From the NCBI GenBank assembly GCA_031414595.1, contig JANNVX010000109.1:22791-86790 (forward strand): a DNA stretch of 64,000 nt, given 5' to 3'. Position 1 is the stretch's first letter; every line of letters starts with the position of its first letter. The position numbers and the translations under genes are program-made. The notes below the pieces were generated by a model. That model was given only the letters and a program-made list of their open reading frames with translations, searched no databases and had not been told where the DNA came from. Shown here piece by piece: positions 10,113 to 19,666 of this stretch. The DNA is from Deinococcales bacterium (GTDB lineage Bacteria; Deinococcota; Deinococci; Deinococcales; JAAFIG01).

Positions 10113-11083
10113 GCCAACCCTCATCCGCTCCAATTGCTCCAGCTAAAATCTGGCATATCCCACTGCTCGAGTCCGACAAGATAGAAAATCTGATAGCTGG
10201 CTTAAAAGCTCGAGCCGAAACACTGTTTGACACGATTCAAATTACTGTTGCTCTCGAGGATTACCGCACCCTATGTGAACGCCTCTTCAAAGCTGGTTTT
10301 GATTTTCCGCAAAGCATGAGCGGTACAGATTTTGAATGGGGTTTAGGGGTTGCGTTGCAACTGCAACAACTCGAGTCCAAACGCAAAGTCACGGTGCGGA
10401 CGTACTGCACCTATCAAAATGCCCATGTCCCAACTGTTTCTGACCTTTGGGGAGGCGTAGATTGGCACGAACGCGAAGCCTATGACCTTGTGGGCATTAT
10501 TTTTGATGGTCATGAAGACTCGATAAATGGTCATCCACGCCGAATTCTGCTCGAGGATCATTGGACGATTCACCCACTGCAAAAGCGCTATAACACCCGT
10601 GGCTACTTAATCCATGGCTGGACAGAAAAACCATTCCCAACTCCAGCCCCGTGGGAAGAAGGTTTCCAATCCTTCTCTAGCGCTCCTGTGGCTGTTGCTC
10701 ACGTTGCCCCACCCGCGCCGAAAATTGTTCCTGTCGTTGCCGTAGGGGCGAGGCTTCTTGACCCTAAAGCAGCACCTGACGGGCTTGGGTCGCACGCCTC
10801 GCCCGACCCCGCCGAAGCCCCCGCTCCTAAAGCCGAAGCTGCCCCAGTCGTCTCGAGTGACCCACCAAAGAAAGTCGCTAAAAAATGGGTTCCAAAAGGC
10901 GAAGCCGCGCCAATTGTTACCGAAGCCGCCCCTGAAGCTGCCTCGAGTGAACCCGTGCCTGTTGTCTCGAGTGAACCTGCGCCCGTCGTTTCGAGTCCAG
11001 AAGTTGTTGCCGTCTCGAGTCCAGAAGCCGCCCCAGAAGAAAAACCCCGCAATCCTAAAATTAAGCGTTGGGAACCCAGATAA
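10109..11083 (+). CDS. nuoC: NADH-quinone oxidoreductase subunit C with long Pro/Ala-rich C-terminal tail
   Basis: [27 protein letters not shown]; low-complexity tail ending PKIKRWEPR. Confidence 0.92.
   Translation: MSQPSSAPIAPAKIWHIPLLESDKIENLIAGLKARAETLFDTIQITVALEDYRTLCERLFKAGFDFPQSMSGTDFEWGLGVALQLQQLESKRKVTVRTYCTYQNAHVPTVSDLWGGVDWHEREAYDLVGIIFDGHEDSINGHPRRILLEDHWTIHPLQKRYNTRGYLIHGWTEKPFPTPAPWEEGFQSFSSAPVAVAHVAPPAPKIVPVVAVGARLLDPKAAPDGLGSHASPDPAEAPAPKAEAAPVVSSDPPKKVAKKWVPKGEAAPIVTEAAPEAASSEPVPVVSSEPAPVVSSPEVVAVSSPEAAPEEKPRNPKIKRWEPR
10741..10804 (+). repeat. GTAG-type REP (CGTAGGGGCGAGGCACGCCTCGCCC) inside nuoC, interrupted by mini-element E3
   Basis: Matches the 27705 copy once 10754-10792 is removed. 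Confidence 0.85.
10754..10792 (+). mobile_element. 39-bp structured mini-element, copy E3 (in frame, adds [13 protein letters not shown])
   Basis: CTTCTT-GACCCT-AAAGCA-GCACC-TGAC-GGGC-TTGGGTC-G; the empty allele is visible in the paralogous nuoI tail (14762-14786). Confidence 0.8.
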
Positions 11084-11095
11084 AGGAGGGATGAT

Positions 11096-12277
11096 ATGAC
11101 CGCAGTCGCAGATAAACCGAATAATGCTCGTAATACGTCCGGTTCTGTCATGAACCCGACGACAGTTGAACGGGTCGCGGGTCGCTCGGACGAGATGCTT
11201 CTCAACCTTGGACCACAACACCCAGCCACCCACGGTGTACTTCGAGTTCTTATGGGTGTGGATGGCGAACGTGTCACCAAGGCAATTCCACACATTGGGT
11301 ACTTGCATCGCAACCATGAAAAACTCGAGGAAGTGCGTACTTATCCGATGTGTATTCCCTATACCGACCGCATGGATTACGTGTCGGGAATGCAGAACGA
11401 ATTGCCATTGTGTTTGGCGGTAGAGGAGATGCTAGGTATCGAAGTCCCAGAACGCGCCAAATATGTGCGAACGATTTTATTTGAACTAAGCCGTATTGCG
11501 AGTCACATGGTCTGGATTGGCACATACATGCTCGACCTTGGGGCAATTACTCCGTTTTTATATGCGTTTCGTGACCGCGAAATGATTCTCGACATCATCG
11601 AAGAAACGGCTGGGGCGCGGTTATTACCAAATTATTTCACCTATGGCGGTGTGCGCCGTGACCATCATCCGCGCATGATGCAGGACATTCTCGAGTTCCT
11701 GACGTGGTTTGAGCGTAAGCTCCCAGAGTACGAAGCCCTGACCATTGATGCACCAGTCTTCCAAGCCCGTACCGTTGGTGTTGGTGTGCTAGACCCGCAA
11801 TTGGCGCTCAATCATGGTGTGACCGGACCAAACCTGCGTGGTAGCGGTATCGGCTGGGATTTACGCCGCGACGACCCATATGATGCCTACCCACATTTGG
11901 ATTTCGAGGTCTGTGTGGAGTACGGCTGCGATGCCTACTCAAGAAGCCGCGCTCGTTTTCGTGAATTCCGCGAGAGCATTAAAATTATTCGTCAAGCTGT
12001 TAATCAGTGTCCAAAAGGCGGCGCGTACTTACCAAAACTGCCGCGTCTTAAACCCGTGGCTGGTATGGAACGTTACCGCGCTGTGGAAATCTCGAGGGGA
12101 CATCTTGGGGTGCATATTGTGGCCGACGGTTCAGAAAAACCGTGGCGTGTTAAGCACCGCAGCCCGAGTTTCTGCACCTTGCAAGCCTTAGCGGACATGG
12201 CTGTGGGTTCTAAATTCTCGGATGCAATCGCTATTCTTGGCAGCATTGACATTGTTCTAGGGGAGATTGACCGATGA
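11096..12277 (+). CDS. nuoD: NADH-quinone oxidoreductase subunit D
   Basis: LNLGPQHPATHGVLR, GYLHR, DRMDY, ELSRIASH, GSIDIVLGEIDR; no NiFe CxxC motifs. Confidence 0.97.
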   Translation: MTAVADKPNNARNTSGSVMNPTTVERVAGRSDEMLLNLGPQHPATHGVLRVLMGVDGERVTKAIPHIGYLHRNHEKLEEVRTYPMCIPYTDRMDYVSGMQNELPLCLAVEEMLGIEVPERAKYVRTILFELSRIASHMVWIGTYMLDLGAITPFLYAFRDREMILDIIEETAGARLLPNYFTYGGVRRDHHPRMMQDILEFLTWFERKLPEYEALTIDAPVFQARTVGVGVLDPQLALNHGVTGPNLRGSGIGWDLRRDDPYDAYPHLDFEVCVEYGCDAYSRSRARFREFRESIKIIRQAVNQCPKGGAYLPKLPRLKPVAGMERYRAVEISRGHLGVHIVADGSEKPWRVKHRSPSFCTLQALADMAVGSKFSDAIAILGSIDIVLGEIDR

Positions 12278-13899
12278 GTATTTATGAAAACAAAGAAGCT
12301 CGGTTGCCGCTCGAGCGTGTCTCTGTGCCTACCGATAAGCATTACAGAATGCGAATGAAGCATCACGGGTTACTGAACGCCAATCCGCGTAAATCGGGTT
12401 TGTTGGCGGCGATTATTGGTTATGCGCTCTTGTTTGGCGCTGCCCACGGTGTGTTAATTCTGGCATTTCAAGTCATTCCAGCACTTTTGACCAACGGCTT
12501 ACCGTTCCCATGGACTGGTTTTGGTCTCGAGAAGAACAGTTTTTGGTTTAACGTCATTTACGGGCTGCTTGCCCCAGTCTTGGCGTTTTTATTTATCGCT
12601 GTGGTGGCATTGATTAACATCCTCATGCTGCGTAAGTACCTCGCTAAAGTTCAGAACCGTTATGGACCTCTGCACAACGGACCCTCGGGCAGTTTACAAA
12701 CGGTTTACGACGCGCTCAAACTGGTTTCTAAAGAAGATTACACCCCCAAAATGGTTGAGGAAACAATTTTCACCCTTGCCCCAGTCCTCGTTTTTGTTTC
12801 TGCCTTTTTACTGATGGCAGTGATACCATTTGCCCCCGGTTGGGTCTTTGCCAATGTCGAAGCTGGCGCAATTTTTATTATTGCGGCGGGTACGCTCGGC
12901 GGGTACGGTGTGCTGCTGGCGGGTTGGAGCATGAACAACAAGTACGGTTTGATGGGTGGCTTACGAGCCGCAGCGCAGCTTGTCAGTTACGAAGTGCCGC
13001 TTTCGATTAGCTTGCTTTCGGTCTGTGTCTACGCGGGCAGCATGAACCTTAGTAAAATTGTCGAAGCCCAACAAAGCCTGTGGTTTGCGATTCCGCTCTT
13101 TATTCCTTTCGTAATTTATTTAATCGCAGGTCTTGCCGAACTTAAAATGACTCCGTTTGACCTCCCAGAAGCCGAATCTGAACTTGTGGCTGGTTTTAAC
13201 ACCGAGTACGGCGGAATGCGTTTCGGATTTTTCTTTGTGGCAGAATTTGCCGAACTTTACCTTCTTCCAGCGTTGATGGCGGTGTTCTTTTTAGGTGGTT
13301 GGAATGCTCCTTCTATTCCAGCACCAACAGGGACTTTTCTTAACACTTGGTCTGGAGGTGCGCCTACCCTAGAACTTGTACTAAAGGCAAATCCAATGGC
13401 GGGTGACTTAAATGCTGATTATATTGTCAATCAAGAAGATTTGACTGCTTTCTCGGCAGCAGAGGTAGATGGCAAAAAGTTACCCAAGTGGCGATTGGAT
13501 ATTACTCGAGATGGTTCAGTTGATTCCAAAGATAGTGAATTTATTTCACGCGAAATTGCCACCAATCCCAAGCCAACCTTATGGCAGCTACTATTTGGAC
13601 CCGGAAGTTTAATTCTCAATAGTATTTATGCTCTGATTTTTCTAGTTAAAGGCGCAGCAGGAGTCTATTTCTACATGTGGATTCGTGCCACACTGCCCCG
13701 TTTCCGTGATGACCAGTTAATGGAACTCTGCTGGAAGGGTTTAATCCCACTTTCTTTAGTTGGATTGTTGCTGGCAGCCGTCTCGAGACTGATTCCAGCC
13801 GTTGGGATTACTATTTCGATATTGGTGGGCGGAACATTCATTGTGATGATTGCACGCGGGGCATTCTTCCCCACCTCGAGTAAGCAGGTGAAAGCATGA
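12274..13899 (+). CDS. nuoH: NADH-quinone oxidoreductase subunit H with N-terminal extension and an internal dockerin/EF-hand-like insertion
   Basis: QNRYGP, DALKLVSKED, SYEVP, PFDLPEAESELVAGFNTEY, WIRATLPRFR; 541 aa versus ~330-360 typical. Confidence 0.93.
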   Translation: MSIYENKEARLPLERVSVPTDKHYRMRMKHHGLLNANPRKSGLLAAIIGYALLFGAAHGVLILAFQVIPALLTNGLPFPWTGFGLEKNSFWFNVIYGLLAPVLAFLFIAVVALINILMLRKYLAKVQNRYGPLHNGPSGSLQTVYDALKLVSKEDYTPKMVEETIFTLAPVLVFVSAFLLMAVIPFAPGWVFANVEAGAIFIIAAGTLGGYGVLLAGWSMNNKYGLMGGLRAAAQLVSYEVPLSISLLSVCVYAGSMNLSKIVEAQQSLWFAIPLFIPFVIYLIAGLAELKMTPFDLPEAESELVAGFNTEYGGMRFGFFFVAEFAELYLLPALMAVFFLGGWNAPSIPAPTGTFLNTWSGGAPTLELVLKANPMAGDLNADYIVNQEDLTAFSAAEVDGKKLPKWRLDITRDGSVDSKDSEFISREIATNPKPTLWQLLFGPGSLILNSIYALIFLVKGAAGVYFYMWIRATLPRFRDDQLMELCWKGLIPLSLVGLLLAAVSRLIPAVGITISILVGGTFIVMIARGAFFPTSSKQVKA

Positions 13900-14951
13900 G
13901 TCTCTTAAAAGATATTTGGAATGCGGTATCTGGTGTTGGTAAGGGCATGGAAAAGGTCTACGATGAACAATTCGATCCGATTTTCACCGAAATGTACCCA
14001 TTTGACATGCCAAAACTGCCGCCAACCAGTGTCCAGAGTTTGGCACTGATTAAAAACGAGGATGGCTCAGACAGGTGCGTGTCTTGCTTAGCCTGTGAAA
14101 AAGTCTGCCCAAGCCAAGTGATTACCATTGAGCGCAAGAAAAACCCTGCTGGTAAAGGCTTTGTTCTCGAGCGTTTCGACATTGATTTGGTCAACTGCAT
14201 GTACTGCGCGGCTTGTGTCGAATCCTGCCCAGCCTCGGCAATTGTCACGATTCAAGACTTTGAATTGTCTACCCCGAATCTGCAAACCCTAAAAGCCGAT
14301 AAGGACTTCCTCGATTTCCAAGGCATTCGCGCTCAGCAGTGGTACAGCCCGAAAATTGGGGTCGAGTACCGCGAAAATGTCACCTCGAGTAATGTCCACG
14401 GAGCAATTGTTAAAGCCCCATTGATTGACCAACCCGGCGGCGCTGCTGAATATGAAAAATTAAAAGCGGCTGGCACAGAAATCCCTGTCAATAATGCCCG
14501 TCGTCCGGCTAACGCCATGTCTGAGCTTTCCATTCTCGAGTACAAACAATTAAAGCATGAGCCAATCAGTGCCACAGCCGCCAAACTCGAGTCAAAACCA
14601 GTTTCAGTCAATATCCCTGTCAACATCCCCGCCCCAGTCCTCGAGACTGTGGCTGTGTTATCTGCATCTGTCGCCTCATCTGCCCCAAAATCCAAGAAAA
14701 TCAAACGTTGGGGAGAACCTGCTTCCGAAGAATCCACCCTACCCGCCGTTGCCCCCGAACCCGTAGGGGCGAGGCATGCCTCGCCCGACCCCGCCGAAGC
14801 CCCCCTGCCGAAAGCCGAAGCTGTTGCCGTTGCCCCAGTCTCGAGTCCAGAACCAGCCGTCTCGAGTGCCGAAGTCCCAGTCTCGAGTGCCGAACCAGCC
14901 GAAGAAAAACCAAAAAATCCCAAAATTAAGCGTTGGGAGCCTAAATCATGA
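13896..14951 (+). CDS. nuoI: NADH-quinone oxidoreductase subunit I with long C-terminal extension
   Basis: CVSCLACEKVCP and CMYCAACVESCP (2x4Fe-4S); tail ending [10 protein letters not shown]. Confidence 0.92.
   Translation: MSLLKDIWNAVSGVGKGMEKVYDEQFDPIFTEMYPFDMPKLPPTSVQSLALIKNEDGSDRCVSCLACEKVCPSQVITIERKKNPAGKGFVLERFDIDLVNCMYCAACVESCPASAIVTIQDFELSTPNLQTLKADKDFLDFQGIRAQQWYSPKIGVEYRENVTSSNVHGAIVKAPLIDQPGGAAEYEKLKAAGTEIPVNNARRPANAMSELSILEYKQLKHEPISATAAKLESKPVSVNIPVNIPAPVLETVAVLSASVASSAPKSKKIKRWGEPASEESTLPAVAPEPVGARHASPDPAEAPLPKAEAVAVAPVSSPEPAVSSAEVPVSSAEPAEEKPKNPKIKRWEPKS
14762..14786 (+). repeat. GTAG-type REP inside nuoI (encodes VGARHASP)
   Basis: CGTAGGGGCGAGGCATGCCTCGCCC palindrome. Confidence 0.85.
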
Positions 14952-15568
14952 CCGAAGTCAATACTGTTTTCTTTTATTTGGTTGCCCTTGGCATTTTATC
15001 CACGGCAATCTACGCGGTGGCGAGTCCTAAGCTACTAAACGCGGCTGTTTCCCTTGCCTTGTCATTTTTTGCCGTTGGTGGTTTGTATTTCATGCTCGGG
15101 AACGGTTTCTTGGGCATGTTGCAAATTTTAATTAACGCTGGTGCAATTCCAATCGTCACGGTTTTTATTATCATGATGACCCAATCGCGGCGTATCCGCT
15201 TGCGTTCTAATTTGAATGTCGCCGCAGCCCTTCTAGCAATTGTGGTCTTGGCAGGTAGCCTCTGGTCATTTTGGAATAGATACCAAGGTTCGGCAGCCAC
15301 CCAAGGTAAGCAGATAACGTCAACGCCAACTTCTGAACTGGGTGTGAAGTTGCTCAGTGCCGATGGTACATTACTCGCCTTTGAACTTGCTTCGGTGCTG
15401 CTGCTTCTAGCCATGGTTGGTGCAATTGTCCTGACCAAGCGTGACGGCGAAACGATTAAAGGTGATGTCGGTGTGTTGTCCGATGTCGCTTTACCTGTGA
15501 CGGGTGGAGAGCTTTCTCGTCCAGCCGCAACCATCGAACGAGCCTCAAAACAGGAGGTGGTTTCGTGA
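14948..15568 (+). CDS. nuoJ: NADH-quinone oxidoreductase subunit J
   Basis: Operon position; QILINAGAI..VFIIM, FELASVLLLLAMVGAIVL. Confidence 0.92.
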   Translation: MTEVNTVFFYLVALGILSTAIYAVASPKLLNAAVSLALSFFAVGGLYFMLGNGFLGMLQILINAGAIPIVTVFIIMMTQSRRIRLRSNLNVAAALLAIVVLAGSLWSFWNRYQGSAATQGKQITSTPTSELGVKLLSADGTLLAFELASVLLLLAMVGAIVLTKRDGETIKGDVGVLSDVALPVTGGELSRPAATIERASKQEVVS

Positions 15569-15921
15569 ATCTCGAGTCAATTCTTGCCCCAATTCGTTCC
15601 TTTGCTAATTCTGGTATTTCAGTCAATCACTTTATTGCCCTTGCGATGCTGCTGTTCTTGGTTGGTTTATATGGTGTTTTAACCCGTCGCAATATCGTGG
15701 CAATTTTAATGAGTGTTGAAATTATGCTCAACGCCGCCATGCTGGTGTTTGTAGCGGCGGCTGCTTACAGCGGTGATGCCACCAAAACGGGTCCACTATT
15801 TGCGCTTTTTATCGTTGCCATTGCTGCCGCCGAGGTTGCTGTGGGTCTCGCCATTTTTATCAATGTCTTTAGAAGTAAGGGTGGCGTAACCACCGAAGAC
15901 TTGATGGAAATGAAGAATTAA
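15565..15921 (+). CDS. nuoK: NADH-quinone oxidoreductase subunit K
   Basis: RRNIVAILMSVEIMLNA, AAAEVAVGLAI. Confidence 0.96.
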   Translation: MNLESILAPIRSFANSGISVNHFIALAMLLFLVGLYGVLTRRNIVAILMSVEIMLNAAMLVFVAAAAYSGDATKTGPLFALFIVAIAAAEVAVGLAIFINVFRSKGGVTTEDLMEMKN

Positions 15922-15932
15922 AGGAGGGGAAA

Positions 15933-18134
15933 ATGTTTATTGATTACGCTTTGTTGATTCCCCTGCTTCCCGCGTTCGGCTGGCTGATCATTTCCTTGTT
16001 CAGCAAATCGCTGGGCGGCAAGGGTAGTGCGTGGTTGGCAACAACCATGATTGGCTTGAGTGCAGTGATTGCCATTGGTCTGTTCGCCGATTCGTTCTCG
16101 AGTGCGCCAGTCTGGAAAGCCGATACGCTGGGTAAAATTTATAAACTCGAGAAGGAAATTAAGGTTCTCGAGAAGGCAGAAAAAGCTGGGAAGCCAGAAA
16201 CCGCCACAATTGAACCGGGTTCTGAAGTCCCTAAAACTGAGGGCGAACACACCGCCAGCCCTGAGCTTTTAGCACTCGAGGAGAAGTTAAGTGAGTACAA
16301 AACCGAAGCCCTCGAGTCTCGAGCCGTTGGCGGTTTTCCGTTTACCAGAGACTGGACTTGGTTAGCCATTAAAGGCGAAGCAGGTTTACCATTTGGTTTA
16401 TATGTAGACCAGTTAGCTGCAATTATGCTTTTAATGGTGACAATTGTTTGTTTTTTAATTCATTTGTTCAGCATTGGCTACATGGCGCACGAAGAACGCT
16501 ATCCGACCTTTTTTAGTTATATCAATTTGTTTGCCGCCGCCATGCTTGCGATGGTGCTGGCGAAGAACTTATTCCATGTCTTGTTGTTCTGGGAAATCAT
16601 GGGCTTAATGTCGTACCTTTTGATTGGCTTTTTCTATAAGAAGAAAAGCGCTCAACAAGCTCAGAAGAAGGCTTTTTTAACCGTGCGTATCGGCGACTTG
16701 GCGTTTATGGCTGGGTTGTTCTGGTTGTACAGTGTCTTTGGGACACTGGATATTCCAACCCTTCTTGCCACATCTCACAGCGACCTCGAGACCAAACTTG
16801 GTGGGGCAGCTTTTGGCATTGGCTTACTGCTCTTTATTGCTGCGGTTGGTAAATCGGCTCAGTTCCCGCTTCATGTCTGGTTGCCAGATGCAATGGAAGG
16901 TCCTACACCAGTAAGCGCCATGATTCACGCCGCGACAATGGTGGCGGCGGGTGTGTACTTGGTGGCTCGAGTTTACCCAATTATGGATGTTGGTGGAGTC
17001 CTACCAATTATTGCATGGCTTGGGGGCTTTACGGCGCTGTTTGCAGCCAGTCTTGCGCCAGCCCAAGCCGATGCCAAGAAGATTATGGCGTTTAGTACGC
17101 TTTCACAATTGGGCTTGATGTTCATGGGCTTAGGTCTGTTCGGGTACGCAGCAGCGCTGTTTCACTTGCTGACTCACGCGTTTTTCAAAGCCCTCTTGTT
17201 CCTTGGTTCGGGTAGCATGATTCATGGTGCAGGTACGCAAGACATCTTTGAAATGGATAATTTATCCAAGTACCAAAAATACACTTGGGCGACGGTTCTG
17301 ATTGGTTCACTTAGCTTAATGGGTTTCCCACTCACGGCTGGTTTCTGGTCTAAAGACGAAATTCTGCATGTGGCTCAGAGTGCAAACCCAGCCCTGTACA
17401 TCGTTGGTTGTGCAGTGGCGATTTTGACCGCGTTTTACACTACACGGATGTTTATTATTGCCTTCCACAAGCCCAAACAAGTTTCCCCGTGGGGCTTAGC
17501 CGCTTGGAACAACGAGGGCGAACCAAGCCTAAACATGACCCAAGCCGAAGTTGAAGAACAAAAAAAGCACGAACATGGTCATGGTCATAGCGATCATCCG
17601 CACGAATCTGGTTCTGAAATGCTCATCCCATTGGTTAGCCTTGCAACCCTTGCGACGGTCATGGGTTTTGTTGGCAGTCCATTCGCTAATTTCTGGCTGC
17701 AACGCTTTGTCTATCACGGTGATGTGCCGCATGTCGCGCCGCTCGAGTCACTTTGGGCTGGGTTTATCATCAGTGCGATTTTGGTGGTGATTGGCGCAGG
17801 AGCATCTTATGCCCTGTACTGGAATTCTGATGTGACCAAGGCTCGAGCGCCCGAATGGTTGACTCGAGTGTTGCAACGCCGTTATTACATTGATGATTAC
17901 TTCTACGCGGGTCCTGCTAAAATTTCTAACGATATTCAATGGCTGTTTGCTTGGTTTGATAAGAATGTCGTGGACAAAATCGTTGACTTCGTTGGTGGGC
18001 TGGTGGTGGTGCTTGGCGATGCCTCGAGACGGATTCAAACAGGGGCTTTAGGTTGGTACGCAGGTCTGACTGTAATTGGTGGCTTGGCACTGATTCTTGC
18101 CTTTGCTGTTGCCTTTGCTGGAGGTGGCAAATGA
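15933..18134 (+). CDS. nuoL: NADH-quinone oxidoreductase subunit L
   Basis: FWEIMGLMSYLLIGF, GKSAQFPLHVWLPDAMEGPTPVSAMIHAATMV, HLLTHAFFKALLFL. Confidence 0.97.
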   Translation: MFIDYALLIPLLPAFGWLIISLFSKSLGGKGSAWLATTMIGLSAVIAIGLFADSFSSAPVWKADTLGKIYKLEKEIKVLEKAEKAGKPETATIEPGSEVPKTEGEHTASPELLALEEKLSEYKTEALESRAVGGFPFTRDWTWLAIKGEAGLPFGLYVDQLAAIMLLMVTIVCFLIHLFSIGYMAHEERYPTFFSYINLFAAAMLAMVLAKNLFHVLLFWEIMGLMSYLLIGFFYKKKSAQQAQKKAFLTVRIGDLAFMAGLFWLYSVFGTLDIPTLLATSHSDLETKLGGAAFGIGLLLFIAAVGKSAQFPLHVWLPDAMEGPTPVSAMIHAATMVAAGVYLVARVYPIMDVGGVLPIIAWLGGFTALFAASLAPAQADAKKIMAFSTLSQLGLMFMGLGLFGYAAALFHLLTHAFFKALLFLGSGSMIHGAGTQDIFEMDNLSKYQKYTWATVLIGSLSLMGFPLTAGFWSKDEILHVAQSANPALYIVGCAVAILTAFYTTRMFIIAFHKPKQVSPWGLAAWNNEGEPSLNMTQAEVEEQKKHEHGHGHSDHPHESGSEMLIPLVSLATLATVMGFVGSPFANFWLQRFVYHGDVPHVAPLESLWAGFIISAILVVIGAGASYALYWNSDVTKARAPEWLTRVLQRRYYIDDYFYAGPAKISNDIQWLFAWFDKNVVDKIVDFVGGLVVVLGDASRRIQTGALGWYAGLTVIGGLALILAFAVAFAGGGK

Positions 18135-19666
18135 TTACGGCTTTAATTCTGATTCCGATTCTGGCGGCGATTCTGGCGGCGGTCTCGAGTACCGCCATTG
18201 CAAAACGTGTGGCAGTGGCTGCAAGTTTAATCACCACAATTGTCAGTGCGATCATGTACTTTTCGTATAACACAAGCGGCGGACAATTGGCGTTTGTTGA
18301 AAAAGTGCCTTGGATTCCTCAAGCTGGGATTGGCTACTTTGTTGGTTTAGACGGACTTTCCTTGCCATTTGTGTTTTTAACCGCACTGCTGACCTTGGTT
18401 TCGGTGCTGGCTTCTTGGGACGAAGAAAAAAAGAGTTTCTATGCGCTTTTTCTGGTCATGCAAGCTGGTGTGACAGGTGTTTTTGCCTCGCTTGACTTAA
18501 TACTGTACTTCTTGTTCTGGGAAGTGGTCTTAATCCCGATGTTCTTTATTATTCTGGTTTGGGGTTACGAGAATCGCCGTTATGCGGGTATTAAATTTGT
18601 GATTTATAGCCTGACTGGTTCGGTGTTGATGCTGATTTCAATGCTGGCATTAGCCTTTGGTGTAGCCAGTGCCACAGGTAAACCACTTTCCTTTGACTAT
18701 GAAGTGCTGCTTGCGAACCTCGAGACGATTAAATCCCTGCCGGGGATTGCCCTGATTTTCTGGGGCTTTATGATTGCCTTTTTGATTAAACTTCCCGCTT
18801 TTCCATTCCATACATGGTTGCCTCATGCCCACACTGAAGCCCCAACGGGCGGTTCGATTATGCTGGCGGGAGTGCTACTCAAAATGGGTGGGTACGGCAT
18901 TTTGCGTTTTAACCTTGGTTTAATGCCAGAGCAAATGCAGCAATTCCAGACGATTTTGGCAATTCTAGCCACGATTGGCGTAATTTACGGGGCGTATTGT
19001 GCAATGGCACAAAAAGACTTAAAGCGGATGGTCGCGTACTCGAGTGTCAATCACATGGGTTATGTGCTGCTTGGGATTGTGAGCATGACCGCTATGGGCA
19101 TTCACGGTGCGGTTTACCAGATGGTGGCGCACGGGATTATCACTGGCTTAATGTTTATGATGGTTGGCTTTTTAAGTCACCGCACCCACACAAGGGAAAT
19201 CGCCAAGATGACGGGTATGTACAATGCCATGCCAGTCTTGGGTGCAATTATGTGGATGGCATTTTTAGGCGGGCTTGGCTTACCGGGCATGGCTGGGTTT
19301 ATTGGCGAGTACACAGCGTTGTCTGGGGCGATTCAAAATCCTGCCACGGCAATTTATGGGTACATCAGTTTAATCGGCATTATTGTCACGGCTGGATTTA
19401 TTCTCTATGCCGTGCAGCGTGTGTTGCTTGGGCGTAACCCTGCGGCAACCGACGACCATCACGGTCACGATGTACCCTCGAGCCACGGCGAACAAAAAGG
19501 GCATCACGACCTCTCACCGCTTGAGATTGCGGCGGCTGCGCCTTTGGTGATTCTTGGGGTGGTACTTGGTTTGTACCCTGCGCTGCTCACGCCTTGGATT
19601 GATGGCAGCACACAATTACTGCTCGAGACCGCCAAACGAGTCATGGCACTGGGAGGTGGACAATGA
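18131..19666 (+). CDS. nuoM: NADH-quinone oxidoreductase subunit M
   Basis: FWEVVLIPMF, PFHTWLPHAHTEAP, LLKMGGYG, AYSSVNHMG; ATG overlaps the nuoL stop. Confidence 0.96.
   Translation: MITALILIPILAAILAAVSSTAIAKRVAVAASLITTIVSAIMYFSYNTSGGQLAFVEKVPWIPQAGIGYFVGLDGLSLPFVFLTALLTLVSVLASWDEEKKSFYALFLVMQAGVTGVFASLDLILYFLFWEVVLIPMFFIILVWGYENRRYAGIKFVIYSLTGSVLMLISMLALAFGVASATGKPLSFDYEVLLANLETIKSLPGIALIFWGFMIAFLIKLPAFPFHTWLPHAHTEAPTGGSIMLAGVLLKMGGYGILRFNLGLMPEQMQQFQTILAILATIGVIYGAYCAMAQKDLKRMVAYSSVNHMGYVLLGIVSMTAMGIHGAVYQMVAHGIITGLMFMMVGFLSHRTHTREIAKMTGMYNAMPVLGAIMWMAFLGGLGLPGMAGFIGEYTALSGAIQNPATAIYGYISLIGIIVTAGFILYAVQRVLLGRNPAATDDHHGHDVPSSHGEQKGHHDLSPLEIAAAAPLVILGVVLGLYPALLTPWIDGSTQLLLETAKRVMALGGGQ

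Noticed and set aside
10607-11317. Long antisense ORFs over nuoC/nuoD (and 14333-14923 over nuoI)
   Set aside because: Shadow frames of low-complexity Pro/Ala-rich sense coding; no independent motifs.
11096-12277. Group 4 NiFe-hydrogenase large subunit as an alternative to NuoD
   Set aside because: Lacks both CxxC nickel-binding motifs and retains the quinone-site His and Tyr.
17560-17610. His-rich stretch in NuoL (and a similar one in NuoM)
   Set aside because: His-rich loops at this position are common in NuoL and not unusual on their own.
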